The notes beneath the pieces were generated by a model, which worked only from the letters and a program-made list of their open reading frames with translations, was not told the DNA's origin and did no database searches. Made by a program: the position numbers and the translations under genes. From Gemmatimonadota bacterium (lineage in GTDB: Bacteria > Gemmatimonadota > Gemmatimonadetes > Gemmatimonadales > GWC2-71-9), in the NCBI GenBank assembly GCA_039588295.1, contig JBDHAB010000003.1, positions 64,001 through 128,000 of the forward strand: 64,000 nt of DNA, in the 5' to 3' direction. This document shows positions 21,740 to 31,311 of this stretch, in pieces. Positions within the stretch are counted from its first letter, which is position 1; each line of letters begins with the position of its first letter.

Positions 21740-24082
21740 TCAAGCCCGTCGCAGAACGATGCCCACCAGCCGGAAGGCGACGACCGCGTGAGCGGGAATG
21801 GGAAACGCGACGCCGTTCGGTACGGCGGTTGCTTTCTCAGTCGTGTCCCGCTCGAGCAGGTCCGTCCGTCTTGCTTCCTCAAACGCCAGTAGCCCGTGGC
21901 CGAGGGTCAGGTATCGGTCCACTCCGCTGAGATCCTGTATGTAGGCGATCATGCCGTTCCCATCGTCTGCCCGTTTGAGCCCCAGGATGACGGCGTCGGG
22001 TTGGTCCAACGTCACGAGACTGCCGAATCGCGGAAGCAACCCCGAGCCACGCCCGGCAATCGGGACGGGCAACAAGGGTTCCGTGCTCCACCCGAATCGC
22101 GCACACTCGGCGATGTCGACGGGGCGATCGGCGACCGCCAAACGGTAGCGACTACGTCCGGCAGGGGCCGGGCTCACGATTGTCCCGTTGCTGCGCACGG
22201 TGGTCCAAGGCGCATGCATCCCCCGGAACAGCACCGATGCACCCTCCGATTCCACCGCGAGCCAGCGAAGGTGCGCAACGTGCCGCACCGGAGCCCGCCA
22301 TTCCCCGAACCCGGCCGGCGTCTCCCACCGTACGGTCGGTGAAGGAAGGTCGAGCGCGAATCGGTACTCGGTGGTCGCTCCACGATCCCGGCGAACCTCG
22401 TTCTGAATGTCGATCCAAGGAAGCGAGTCGTACACGCTCATGACCGAGCGAAAATCGCCGAGGTCAGAGCTCCACCGGTCGGCGATCAAGCGTTTCCCGA
22501 ACCCGGGGATGTCCTCGCGCGTGACCCGCTGGAGGATCGAGCCGCGGACGGTGTTGAGACCCTGTGTTCCCGACCACTCGCGTTCCCGCGGCAAGGTCGC
22601 GAGCGAGGCGATCGCGCCGGTGACGCGATCGAGTGCAACACGCAATCCAGCGGTCTCAATGAACGGACTCGATACGGCATGCTCCGTGCGAACCGGCAGC
22701 GGCTCCAAGGCGCGCTCGACAATGAACGCGTATCCGAGTGGTGGAATGTCGGTCACGAGCTGGGGTCGTTCCGCTGTGAGCGTGCTGACATCGGTGCGCC
22801 GAAACGGCGTCGTGTTGATCACGAGGTGACCGGGGAAATCCGTCTCGATAGCGTTGGCGACCGCGGTTGCCGCGGCGGTTCCCGGTGGGTGGCCGAGCAG
22901 TTCCGCCAGCGGCTCGAGCACCACTGCCGCCCGAGCGGACGCCGACGCAGCGTGCCGGTCGCCCGCCAATCGAAGCTCCAGGGCTGTTGGCGGGTCACTT
23001 GATGTAACGGCTGGGACGCGCACGACCGGCACGCGCTCCGGAGAACGCGTGTCAAGGTGCGCTTCGAACTCACCCACGGCACCGGCGAGGATCTTGGGAT
23101 ATGCGTAGGAGGCGTTCCAACGGCGCACCGCCGCCGCGCCAAGGTGTAGGTCTTCATCGAAGCTCGCCGCGGCGACAACGGTCAGTGCTCGAGGGATTGT
23201 CGAAGGTCGGGCAGTCTGCGGCAGGAGGCTGGGCGTTTCCGCCAACCACTGTTCGATCTGCCGTCCCATCGCGGCCGAGTCAGTCCCAAAACGTAGTGAC
23301 TCGGGGTCGCCGCCGGGCGGCACCTGCGCGACCAGAATTCGGGACTGGTCGGGCGCCTCCCACCACTCCAGCGACTCACCCGGCCCCGCTGGGCGGACCG
23401 CATAGCGTATCCCGGTTCCTGCGAGCGCCTGGAGTGCTGCGGGAATCATGGTTTCCGGATGCGTGATGAACGCGACGGGACTCACCGGAACCCCGTATCC
23501 AGTTTCGAGCCGCAGCGCCTGTTCGCCCATACGGAGGAGCGCAAGGTGATCGAGGAGCGGGGTTCGGCTTGGAGCTCCGAGGGGATTTCCGCGCACTCCC
23601 GCCTCCAGCAGTGTCGCCGTTCGTACGGCTCGCGCAATCGGCGCTGCACCGGCGAGCTGTTCAGCGAGCCCCCTGGGATCCGCCACAGTGAACCAAAGGA
23701 TTGTCCACCGCGGCCGAGGTTGAAGGCGATGCTGAGCGCGCAGGACACCGCGAACTCCGGGTGCCTCGAGCTCGGTCGTTATGGACCGCTCGCGGTCGAT
23801 GGGGAGCCAGAGTTCGCCGTACATTCTGCCCTGCGATCGCAACACGCCCGCGGTGCCGAGCAGACGTCTTCGTCTCCCGTATACCCGAAGCCTGGCGGCA
23901 GCAGCATCGACACCGGTGACGACAAACCGCACCAGGTTTGCCTGTCCGTCGGGCTGACCGTAGAAGACGGTCGCCTCGGCATCGACACGGGGGGCCGCCC
24001 CAGATACGGACCGCCAGCCCCAGGCTCCCACCGCGAGGCGGGTGAGTGAGGAGAGGAACTCGCGTCGACCGCTCGTCACCAC
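21740..24082 (-). CDS. Tat-exported protein with glycoside hydrolase family 38-like architecture, degenerate
   Basis: SGRREFL twin-arginine signal; WNASYAYPKI; DIPPLGYA; C-terminal LKRADDGNGMI...ARRTDLLE resembles the GH38 C-terminal domain. Confidence 0.6.
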   Translation of the reverse strand: MVTSGRREFLSSLTRLAVGAWGWRSVSGAAPRVDAEATVFYGQPDGQANLVRFVVTGVDAAAARLRVYGRRRRLLGTAGVLRSQGRMYGELWLPIDRERSITTELEAPGVRGVLRAQHRLQPRPRWTILWFTVADPRGLAEQLAGAAPIARAVRTATLLEAGVRGNPLGAPSRTPLLDHLALLRMGEQALRLETGYGVPVSPVAFITHPETMIPAALQALAGTGIRYAVRPAGPGESLEWWEAPDQSRILVAQVPPGGDPESLRFGTDSAAMGRQIEQWLAETPSLLPQTARPSTIPRALTVVAAASFDEDLHLGAAAVRRWNASYAYPKILAGAVGEFEAHLDTRSPERVPVVRVPAVTSSDPPTALELRLAGDRHAASASARAAVVLEPLAELLGHPPGTAAATAVANAIETDFPGHLVINTTPFRRTDVSTLTAERPQLVTDIPPLGYAFIVERALEPLPVRTEHAVSSPFIETAGLRVALDRVTGAIASLATLPREREWSGTQGLNTVRGSILQRVTREDIPGFGKRLIADRWSSDLGDFRSVMSVYDSLPWIDIQNEVRRDRGATTEYRFALDLPSPTVRWETPAGFGEWRAPVRHVAHLRWLAVESEGASVLFRGMHAPWTTVRSNGTIVSPAPAGRSRYRLAVADRPVDIAECARFGWSTEPLLPVPIAGRGSGLLPRFGSLVTLDQPDAVILGLKRADDGNGMIAYIQDLSGVDRYLTLGHGLLAFEEARRTDLLERDTTEKATAVPNGVAFPIPAHAVVAFRLVGIVLRRA

Positions 24083-24194
24083 GGCACCCCGTTGCGTGTG
24101 AAGCTGGCGATTCCCCCCGGGGGGGCGTAGGCTTCGTCATGGGCTTCGTTCAAGCTACGGCGCTCCTTGGTCGACCGACGGGGACGAGAGGCAG

Positions 24195-24371
24195 ATGAAA
24201 CAGGCAATCACATGGCTTGTCGTGGCGGCCGTCATCGGCTGTGCCGGATCGGAACGCACCGACCGCATCGAGGAAGGGGACGTTCCGTCGGCGACACCAA
24301 TGGATGTGGACACGGTGGCGCCCGATACCGTCATGGCCAGAGACACCGCCCGCCTCGGCAGAGCCCGTTAG
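24195..24371 (+). CDS. Small putative lipoprotein (58 aa), absent from the ORF track
   Basis: GAGAGG RBS, then MKQAITWLVVAAVIG-CAGSERTDRIEEGDVPSATPMDVDTVAPDTVMARDTARLGRAR*. Lipobox-like VIG|C. Confidence 0.7.
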   Translation: MKQAITWLVVAAVIGCAGSERTDRIEEGDVPSATPMDVDTVAPDTVMARDTARLGRAR

Positions 24372-24467
24372 CGCAGGGATGACCTGGCGGCGGTGGTCAG
24401 CCTCGGCGTCCTCTCCGCCGGAGCGATGGGACTGGTTTGCGACCGTTGTCGGCGTTCACTGGGGCCG

Positions 24468-25880
24468 CTATTCGAGTGAGAAGAAACTCGCCAGGCGCTC
24501 ACGGTGATCGATGGGTACATACTCGCCGCTCTCCGCATGCACCTGGTACTCACCGAGATAGCCACCGCTGGCGACTACCTCGAGCATCTCTACCAGTCGG
24601 TCAACGTCCTCGGTCGTGTTGTAGCAGCCGAAGCTCGCCCGCACCATACCAGGCATCTCGGACTTGTCCCCACTGAGGACCCGGGCCTTCCACCGGGTCT
24701 GCTCCGCCTCGGGTAGGTTCAGCAGATGGACGACGTACGGGTGGGCACAGAAGCAGCCGCTGCGCACGCCGACCCCACCTTCGTACCCGAGGATGGCCGC
24801 CACCAAGTAGTGTGAGATGCTCTCGAGGTTGAACGGAATGACACCAAGTCGTTGATCGCTCCGCCGTGGATCGGTGTCTCCGTAGAGCCGGATACGCGGG
24901 ATCGAGCGCAGGCGCTCGAGCGCATACGCAGTGAGATGTGCCTCGTGTGCGGCCACCGTATCCATCCCCAGGTCCATCAGTACCTGGGCGGACTTGGCCA
25001 TCGCCATGGCGCCGATCACGTTGGGGCTGCCGGCCTCATCGCGGTCAGGCATGGCGGCCCAATGCACTTCGTTCAGCGTGACGACGTCGACCGTGCCTCC
25101 GCCGGGGTATTCGGGCCCTGACTGGAGGAACAACTCCTTGGGGCCGATCAAGGCGCCTGTGCCGAAGGGGGCGTACATCTTGTGGCCGGCGAGCGCCACA
25201 AAATCCAGGTGTTCCGGGTCGTCGTCCGGCTTCATGTCGATCCGACGGTGGGGAGCGAGTTGTGCTCCGTCCACCATGATCCTGGCTCCCACGTCGTGCG
25301 TCAGGCGCGCCAACCGGTGCACCGGCTGGAGCAACCCTGTGACGTTTGAGGCCGCCGTTACCGCGACGAGCGCGATTCGGCCCGCATGGTTCTGTAGCTG
25401 GCGTTCGAAATCCTCTTCGTCCAGGCGACCATCGGCCGTCGCCCCCACGTGCACGACTCGGGCGCGGTTGCGCCACGGAAGATCGTTGGAATGGTGCTCC
25501 ATGATCGTGGTGATGACTACGGAGTCGGAGTCCAACGGAAGTCGGTAAGAGAGCTTGTTGATCGCTTCGGTCGTGTTCTTCCCGAAGATCACCGTGTGTG
25601 TCTCAGGGTTTGCGTCGACGAACCGCGCGATGATCTCATGAGCCTGGTCATACACCAAGGTGCTCAATCGCGACTTGAATCCGGAGCCGCGGTGCACACT
25701 CGAGTAGTATGGAAGGAAACGCTCGACCGCCTCCGCGACGTCCTTGAGTGTTGGGGTGGTCGCTGCGTTGTCCAGGTTGATGTACGGCGCGAGGCTGCCA
25801 TCGAGCACGGGAACCATGTGATCGAGTCCCAAGACGCGCTCGCGCATTCCCTGCGTCTGCGCAGCGGTCGTTCCGGTCAT
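24468..25880 (-). CDS. PLP-dependent aminotransferase class V, cysteine desulfurase / selenocysteine lyase-like
   Basis: NLDNAATT, SSVHRG, NTTEAIN, MEHHSN, DGAQ, AGHKMYAP (PLP Lys), RSGCFCAHP (persulfide Cys). ATG 25880 overlaps the FDH stop (ATGA). Confidence 0.9.
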   Translation of the reverse strand: MTGTTAAQTQGMRERVLGLDHMVPVLDGSLAPYINLDNAATTPTLKDVAEAVERFLPYYSSVHRGSGFKSRLSTLVYDQAHEIIARFVDANPETHTVIFGKNTTEAINKLSYRLPLDSDSVVITTIMEHHSNDLPWRNRARVVHVGATADGRLDEEDFERQLQNHAGRIALVAVTAASNVTGLLQPVHRLARLTHDVGARIMVDGAQLAPHRRIDMKPDDDPEHLDFVALAGHKMYAPFGTGALIGPKELFLQSGPEYPGGGTVDVVTLNEVHWAAMPDRDEAGSPNVIGAMAMAKSAQVLMDLGMDTVAAHEAHLTAYALERLRSIPRIRLYGDTDPRRSDQRLGVIPFNLESISHYLVAAILGYEGGVGVRSGCFCAHPYVVHLLNLPEAEQTRWKARVLSGDKSEMPGMVRASFGCYNTTEDVDRLVEMLEVVASGGYLGEYQVHAESGEYVPIDHRERLASFFSLE

Positions 25881-28624
25881 GCCGCTCCCCGCATTGATGT
25901 TGGTGGCTCTGCCGGCTCCACGCGCACGGGACAGACCTTGAGTTCCGCGGTGTGTGTAACGGGGTCGTATCCCGACCCTGTGAGAAGGTTCACCGGCACA
26001 TCGGCGAAGCTGAAACTCGCGAAGACCGTGCCACGTGGCGATCGACGGGTTTCCTTCACCTTGATGACCACACAGCCACGCCGGCTGTGCATCCGCGCCC
26101 AGCCACCGTCGTGGAGTCCCCACGCCTCTGCGTCCGTCGGATGCACTTCGAGCGACTCTTCCGAAAGCAGGTAATCGATGCCCGCTGAGCGTCCCGTCTG
26201 CGTCCGAGTGTGGTAGGACTGAAGCCGACGCCCCGTCGTGAGCCAAACGGGATACTCCTCGTCCGTCGTCTCTGCTGGATCGCGATACTCGATCAGCGTG
26301 AAGATGCCACGCCCGTTCTTGAACTCTCGCTGGTGGAGGATCGGAGTGCCCGGATGCCCCTTCTCCGGGACCGGCCACTGAAACTCGCCGTGTTCGATCC
26401 GATCCCAATCGAGGCCGCCATAGATGGGAGAGACGCTGCACAGCTCCTTGAAGATCTCCTGTGGTGACGTGTAATCGAAACCCTCGAAGCCGAGTCGCTT
26501 GGCGATCTGGCTGAGGATCCACCAGTCCGGTCGCGCGTCACCCGGCGGCGTGACGGCGGCGCGGAGGCGTTGCACACGCCGCTCGGTGTTCGTACAGGTA
26601 CCGTCGGTTTCACCCCATGCCGTCGCCGGAAGCACGACATCGGCGAGCTGCGCGGTTTCAGTCAAGAAGATATCGATGACGACGAGGTGATCGAGGCTTC
26701 GCAGGGCATGCTCACAGTGGTGACGGTCCGGATCCGACACGACGGTGTTCTCGCCGTTGATCAGCATGGCACGAATCTGGTCCCCCGCGAGCTGCAGCGC
26801 CGTGACCTTGGTCATGCCCTTTTCGAGGTCGACCTTCCGTCCGTAGACTTTCTCGAACTTCGCTTGGTTGGCGGGATCGGTGACCGCCTGGAACCCGGGG
26901 TAGTTGTTCGGCAGTGCTCCGGTGTCGCCGGCACCCTGGATGTTGTTCTGCCCGCGCATCGGGTTGATCCCGGTCCCCTCACGGCCGATATTGCCGGTCA
27001 TGAGCGCCAGGTTGCAGATGCTCTGGACGTTCTCCACGCCACAGATGTGCTCGGTTACGCCCAACGTGTAGTAGATCGCCCCTCGCTCGGCGCGTCCGTA
27101 CCAGAGCGCCGCGGTCTCGATGTCTCTTGCCGGTACACCGGTGATTGGCTCCGCCCACTCGGGTGGGAACTGCTGTACGTGTTTGAGGAATTTCTCTCCC
27201 TCGACTGTACGGTCGCCGACGAACTGCTCGTCGACTAGGCCCTCTCGAGCGATCACGTGCGCCATGGCCAGAAGCAGAGCGGCGTCCGAGCCGACACGAA
27301 TCGGGAGATACAGATCGGCGAGATCGGCGAGTCCGATTCGCCGCGGATCGGCCACGACCATCTTCGCACCCTTGGCCAGCGCCCGCTTGATGCGGGTGGC
27401 CGCCACAGGGTGGCACTCGGTCATGTTGGTGCCGATGCAGAAGAACACATCGGGCTTCTCCATGTCGACCAAGGGGTTCGACATGGCGCCGCGTCCGATC
27501 GTGGCTGCCAGACCGGCAACCGTCGGAGCGTGTCAAGCACGGCTACAGTTGTCGATGTTGTTGGTCCCTAACCCCGCCCGCACGAACTTCTGCATCGTGT
27601 AGGCGGCTTCGCTTGGCGCGCGACCCGACGCCACCGCGTACACACTGTGGCGGCCGTGGCCGGCCACTGCACGGCGGAGGCATTCCGCCACCCGGTCGAG
27701 CGCCGTGTCCCAGTCCGTCTCGTGCAGCTCACCGTCTCGTTCGCGCACGAGCGGCACCCGCAGACGATCTGGGTGATGCACGAAGTCCCACGCAAACTGG
27801 CCCTTCACGCAGAGCGCCCCTTCGTTTGCGGGACCGTCCATGGCCGGCTGGACTCCGACGATGCGATCTTCCTTGGTCAAGACATCGACCGAACACCCCA
27901 CTCCGCAGTACGGGCAGATCGTTCGCGTCGCCTGGACTTCTCCCGGTACGTCGGCGAAGCGGAGCGCCTTGCGGTCGGCCAATGCCCCTGTTGGGCAGGT
28001 TTGGATGCACTGCCCACAAAACGTGCATGCCGAGTCTTTGAGCAACCCCGCAAATTCGGTCGTAATCTGGGTCTGGAACCCGCGGTTCATGACGTTGATG
28101 GCGTAGTCGCCTTCCTGCTCGGCACAGACCCGCACGCATCGGTAGCACGAGATGCAGAGTTCGTAGTCGCGTAGGATGAACGGGTTGTCGTCATCGAGCC
28201 GGCTGGTGCCGGACCGACTCCCGCGGAAGCGCATCGACCGGGCGCCGTAGCGATCCACCAACGCCGCGAGTTCCTGCGACCCGTAGCCCCGGAGCGGGTC
28301 GACGTCGATCTCACGGTTCTCCGAAGCCACCATCTCCAGCAGTGTCTTCCGGTGCTTGTCGATGGCAGCCGTTCGCGTGCGCACGACCATTCCAGCCGTC
28401 GCCTTTGTGGTACACGATGCCACAGGAAGTCGCGAACCCTCGACTTCGACGACGCAGAGGCGACAACCACCGAAAGATTCGAGGCGTGGGTCGTAACAGA
28501 GGGTTGGGATTTCCGCATCGCATCGCTGCGCGACGTCGTAGATGGTCTCACCGGACGAAAAGGACACCTCCCGCCCGTCCACAATCATCTGCTGCCGCTT
28601 GGCGTCCGTGGGCGTCGCGATCAT
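25877..28624 (-). CDS. fdhF: Formate dehydrogenase alpha subunit, selenocysteine-containing (915 aa, Sec364)
   Basis: ORFs 27533..28624 and 25877..27484 join in frame through TGA 27535-27533, giving DNCSRA-U-HAPTVAGL. N-terminal 2Fe-2S and 2x4Fe-4S motifs, CPYCGVGC, PMRGQNNIQG. Confidence 0.95.
27503..27532 (-). promoter_or_regulatory. Bacterial SECIS element
   Basis: 11 nt after the UGA: GGTTGCC-GGTCT-GGCAGCC stem-loop, matching the E. coli fdhF-type arrangement (GGUUGCAGGUCUGCACC). Confidence 0.9.
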
Positions 28625-28634
28625 GCTCTCACCC

Positions 28635-30329
28635 TCAGGCTCTGGAAATCGCGTGCTCGACGTGTCGGGCGACGCGGTCCGGGAAGTACCGGAGCAGACT
28701 CTCCGTGATCAGCGGCGCGGCGAGGCCCAGCCCGCAGGCGCTGATCGCCTTCATCGTCGATCCCAGGTCCGTGATTTCGTCGATCCATGCCGAGAGGTCG
28801 TTCGGACCTGCTTCTCCAGCCAGTCGCTCCGTGATCCGCTGTGTCCCGATGCGGCACGGGAAGCACTTGCCACATGATTCGTGGGCAAAGAACGACATGG
28901 CGTCGCGCGCCACCGCGATCATGTCTCGACTGTCGTCAAATACCATAACCCCCCCGGCACCCAGAAAAGATCCCTTAGCGCGGATGGCGGGTTCGTCCAG
29001 CGTGACGTCGAGGTCGTCGCCGGCCAGGAATCCACCCGAAAGACCGGCCATGGTGACGGCTTGAAACGAGCGTCCCTGCGGCGGGCCGCCCGCCCAGTCG
29101 TTCAGCAGCGTCGGCAGCGGGAGCCCAATCGGGACCTCGTAGTTGCCGGGGCGCCGGATGTCCCCCGACAGGCTGATCACTTTGGTGCCGGCGTGTCCGT
29201 TGAGGCCGAGGCCGCGGTACCACTCGGCCCCGTGGTGCACGATGGGCGGTGCCGATGCAAGCGTCTCGACGTTGTTCACGACGGTTGGTAGATCCTCGTA
29301 ACCGTGGGTGACCGGGAACGGCGGCCGGTTGCGCGGGAACGGGTGCTTGCCTTCGAGACTGTTCAGAAGGGATCCTTCTTCACCGCAAATATAGGCGCCG
29401 GCTCCGCGTCGGACGTGCACGTCGAACGTGAAGTCCGTGCCGAGAATGCTGGTTCCCACGAGCTTGGCTTCCTGGGCCTCGCCGATTGCGCGCTCGAGCG
29501 TCGTGAACGTCTCCGGATACTCGTAGCGCAGGTAGATGAACCCGCGCGTCGCGCCCGCTGCGTACGCCGCCAGCGTCATGCCCTCGATGACGGCGTGTGG
29601 ATCATAGTCGAGAATGGCGCGATCCTTGAAACAGCCCGGTTCGCCCTCGTCGGCGTTACAAACCACGAACTTCGGAGATCTCTCGGCCTCGGCAACGGCC
29701 TTCCATTTGGTTCCCGTTGGGAATCCGGCTCCCCCGCGCCCGGCCAGCTCACCCTCGCTGATGAGCTGAATGATGTCAGCGGGCGCAAGCGTGCGGATCG
29801 CCCGCTCGAGTGCCTGATACCCGCCGCCGCGGCGATACCCGCCGATCGTTGCCCGTCCAGGGTCGCGAATATGGGCAAACACACACTCCTCGGTGCCGCC
29901 CGGGTTGGGAGGCGGCACCGGCCCGGGCCGCGCCTCCAGGCCGCTTGCGTTAATCCCGACTAAGACACGATTGCCCAGCAGCACCGGAACGGGGTCGTCG
30001 CATCGCCCCGCACATGGCATGGCGGTGGCTCCGTCACGCTCCAGCTCCTGCAACAGTTCGAGACCGCCTTTGCGACAGCATACGGGACCGGTGCACACAC
30101 GCGGAGCTTCGAATCCATTGGGGTTCCGCGCGAAGTGGTGGTAGAACGTGATGCTGCCAAAGAGATCGGCCAACGGGATGCGAAGTGCAGCCGCAACGTC
30201 CCGCATGGTTTCTTCGGATAGGTAGCCATCGCGCTGGTGGAATGCGTGAAGCGCGGGGAGCAGCGGAGCGGGCTCGTCCCGCCAGCGCTCGATGATCTGG
30301 CTGTTGGTGGGGATGGACGTCACGGGCAT
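28635..30329 (-). CDS. Fused NuoE/NuoF-like diaphorase subunit of NAD(P)-linked formate dehydrogenase
   Basis: N-terminal CTGPVC...CAGRC (2Fe-2S), GRGGAGFPTG, NADEGEPG, GAGAYICGEE, ESCGKCFPCRIG...CGLG. Confidence 0.9.
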   Translation of the reverse strand: MPVTSIPTNSQIIERWRDEPAPLLPALHAFHQRDGYLSEETMRDVAAALRIPLADLFGSITFYHHFARNPNGFEAPRVCTGPVCCRKGGLELLQELERDGATAMPCAGRCDDPVPVLLGNRVLVGINASGLEARPGPVPPPNPGGTEECVFAHIRDPGRATIGGYRRGGGYQALERAIRTLAPADIIQLISEGELAGRGGAGFPTGTKWKAVAEAERSPKFVVCNADEGEPGCFKDRAILDYDPHAVIEGMTLAAYAAGATRGFIYLRYEYPETFTTLERAIGEAQEAKLVGTSILGTDFTFDVHVRRGAGAYICGEEGSLLNSLEGKHPFPRNRPPFPVTHGYEDLPTVVNNVETLASAPPIVHHGAEWYRGLGLNGHAGTKVISLSGDIRRPGNYEVPIGLPLPTLLNDWAGGPPQGRSFQAVTMAGLSGGFLAGDDLDVTLDEPAIRAKGSFLGAGGVMVFDDSRDMIAVARDAMSFFAHESCGKCFPCRIGTQRITERLAGEAGPNDLSAWIDEITDLGSTMKAISACGLGLAAPLITESLLRYFPDRVARHVEHAISRA

Positions 30330-30375
30330 ATCCTATTCAAAAGCTAGTGAATCGAAACCCCGCCGCAACGCGCGC

Positions 30376-31215
30376 CTACCGGGACGACAGGTGTCCCCCA
30401 CCTGCGTACAGGTTGAACGCCTCGCCCCGCGCAAACCCTATCAGAAGCATGTCGAGCGATGCGGCGAGCTCAACGGCCAGCGACGACGGGGCGGATACGC
30501 CCATGACGCCGCCGATGCCCGCGACCGCGGCCTTCTGCACGATCTCGAAACTCTGTCGTCCCGACACCACGAGCACGCAAGGGGGTAGGGGCCACTGCTG
30601 CTGAGCCGCTGCCCCGATGGCCTTATCGACGGCGTTGTGGCGGCCGACGTCCTCTCGAACGGCGAGTTCCACTCCGTCGGTGGCGTAGACACCCGCCGCA
30701 TGCAGCCCCCCGGTTGCGTCGAATGTGGGCTGGCGAGCACGCAACCGCGTGGTGAGCTCGACCAGGCGCGCCGGTTCCATCGTGAATGGGCGTGCAGGCC
30801 GCGCAAACAACTGCACGGCCTCGATCGACGCCTTGCCGCAGACCCCACAGGAGCTCGACACGAACATGTTGCGCTGGAACCGTTGCGGATCCACCTCGAT
30901 GCCGTCGCGTAGTACGACGTTGAGCCGCGATGCGTCCAAGTGTTCGATGGCGCCGATCTCCCCGGGAGCGAGCAAGATCCCCTCGGTCAGGAGAAAGCCG
31001 GTGACCAGGTCCTCGTCGTCACCCGGCGTGCGCATCACGACCGCCAGGGGCGTGCCCTGGAGCCGCAGTTCGAGTGGATCTTCGTGCGCAACCGCGTCGG
31101 AGACACGCTCGGTCACCTCTGCGTCGTGCCGCACCACTTCGACGTCACGGATTCGTTCGGACACGTGCCTCCCCGGGGATGCGTGGATAGTGCGGACCAT
31201 GGAAGACAGGGTCAA
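30376..31215 (-). CDS. fdhD: Formate dehydrogenase accessory sulfurtransferase
   Basis: MRTPGDDEDLVTGFL, SSCGVCG, TGGLHAA, REDVGRHNAVDK, SAPSSLAV. Start may be ATG 31200. Confidence 0.95.
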   Translation of the reverse strand: MTLSSMVRTIHASPGRHVSERIRDVEVVRHDAEVTERVSDAVAHEDPLELRLQGTPLAVVMRTPGDDEDLVTGFLLTEGILLAPGEIGAIEHLDASRLNVVLRDGIEVDPQRFQRNMFVSSSCGVCGKASIEAVQLFARPARPFTMEPARLVELTTRLRARQPTFDATGGLHAAGVYATDGVELAVREDVGRHNAVDKAIGAAAQQQWPLPPCVLVVSGRQSFEIVQKAAVAGIGGVMGVSAPSSLAVELAASLDMLLIGFARGEAFNLYAGGGHLSSR

Positions 31216-31219
31216 GCTG

Positions 31220-31311
31220 AGAGGTGGTCAATGATAGGTGGTTGGGCATCGAGACCGGGCGCTCACCCTCCGGTCCACCACCCACCAGCTACCCCCGCTT
31301 ACCTACCACCC
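31220..31311. repeat. Degenerate ~7-bp periodic inverted repeat tract
   Basis: GAGGTGG...TAGGTGGTTGGG left arm versus CCACCAC-CCACCAG-CTACCCC...CCTACCACCC right arm. Confidence 0.45.

Noticed and set aside
24100..24135. C6-G7 palindrome in the divergent intergenic region
   Set aside because: Short homopolymer symmetry in high-GC DNA with no U-tract; not enough to call a terminator or operator.
25881..26522. Long N-terminal extension of the desulfurase ORF (likewise 31299..33416, 34315..36504, 36512..38026, 8575..9408)
   Set aside because: The extensions overlap other real genes and are low-complexity Arg/Pro/Gly-rich. Downstream starts fit family N-termini and stop/start overlaps.
25877..28624. 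FDH as a split gene or pseudogene
   Set aside because: The TGA sits at the Sec/Cys ligand position with a correctly spaced SECIS.
28635..30329. Respiratory complex I (nuo) or hydrogenase locus
   Set aside because: No other nuo or hydrogenase subunits are present. Its position between fdhD and the FDH alpha gene indicates the FDH diaphorase module.
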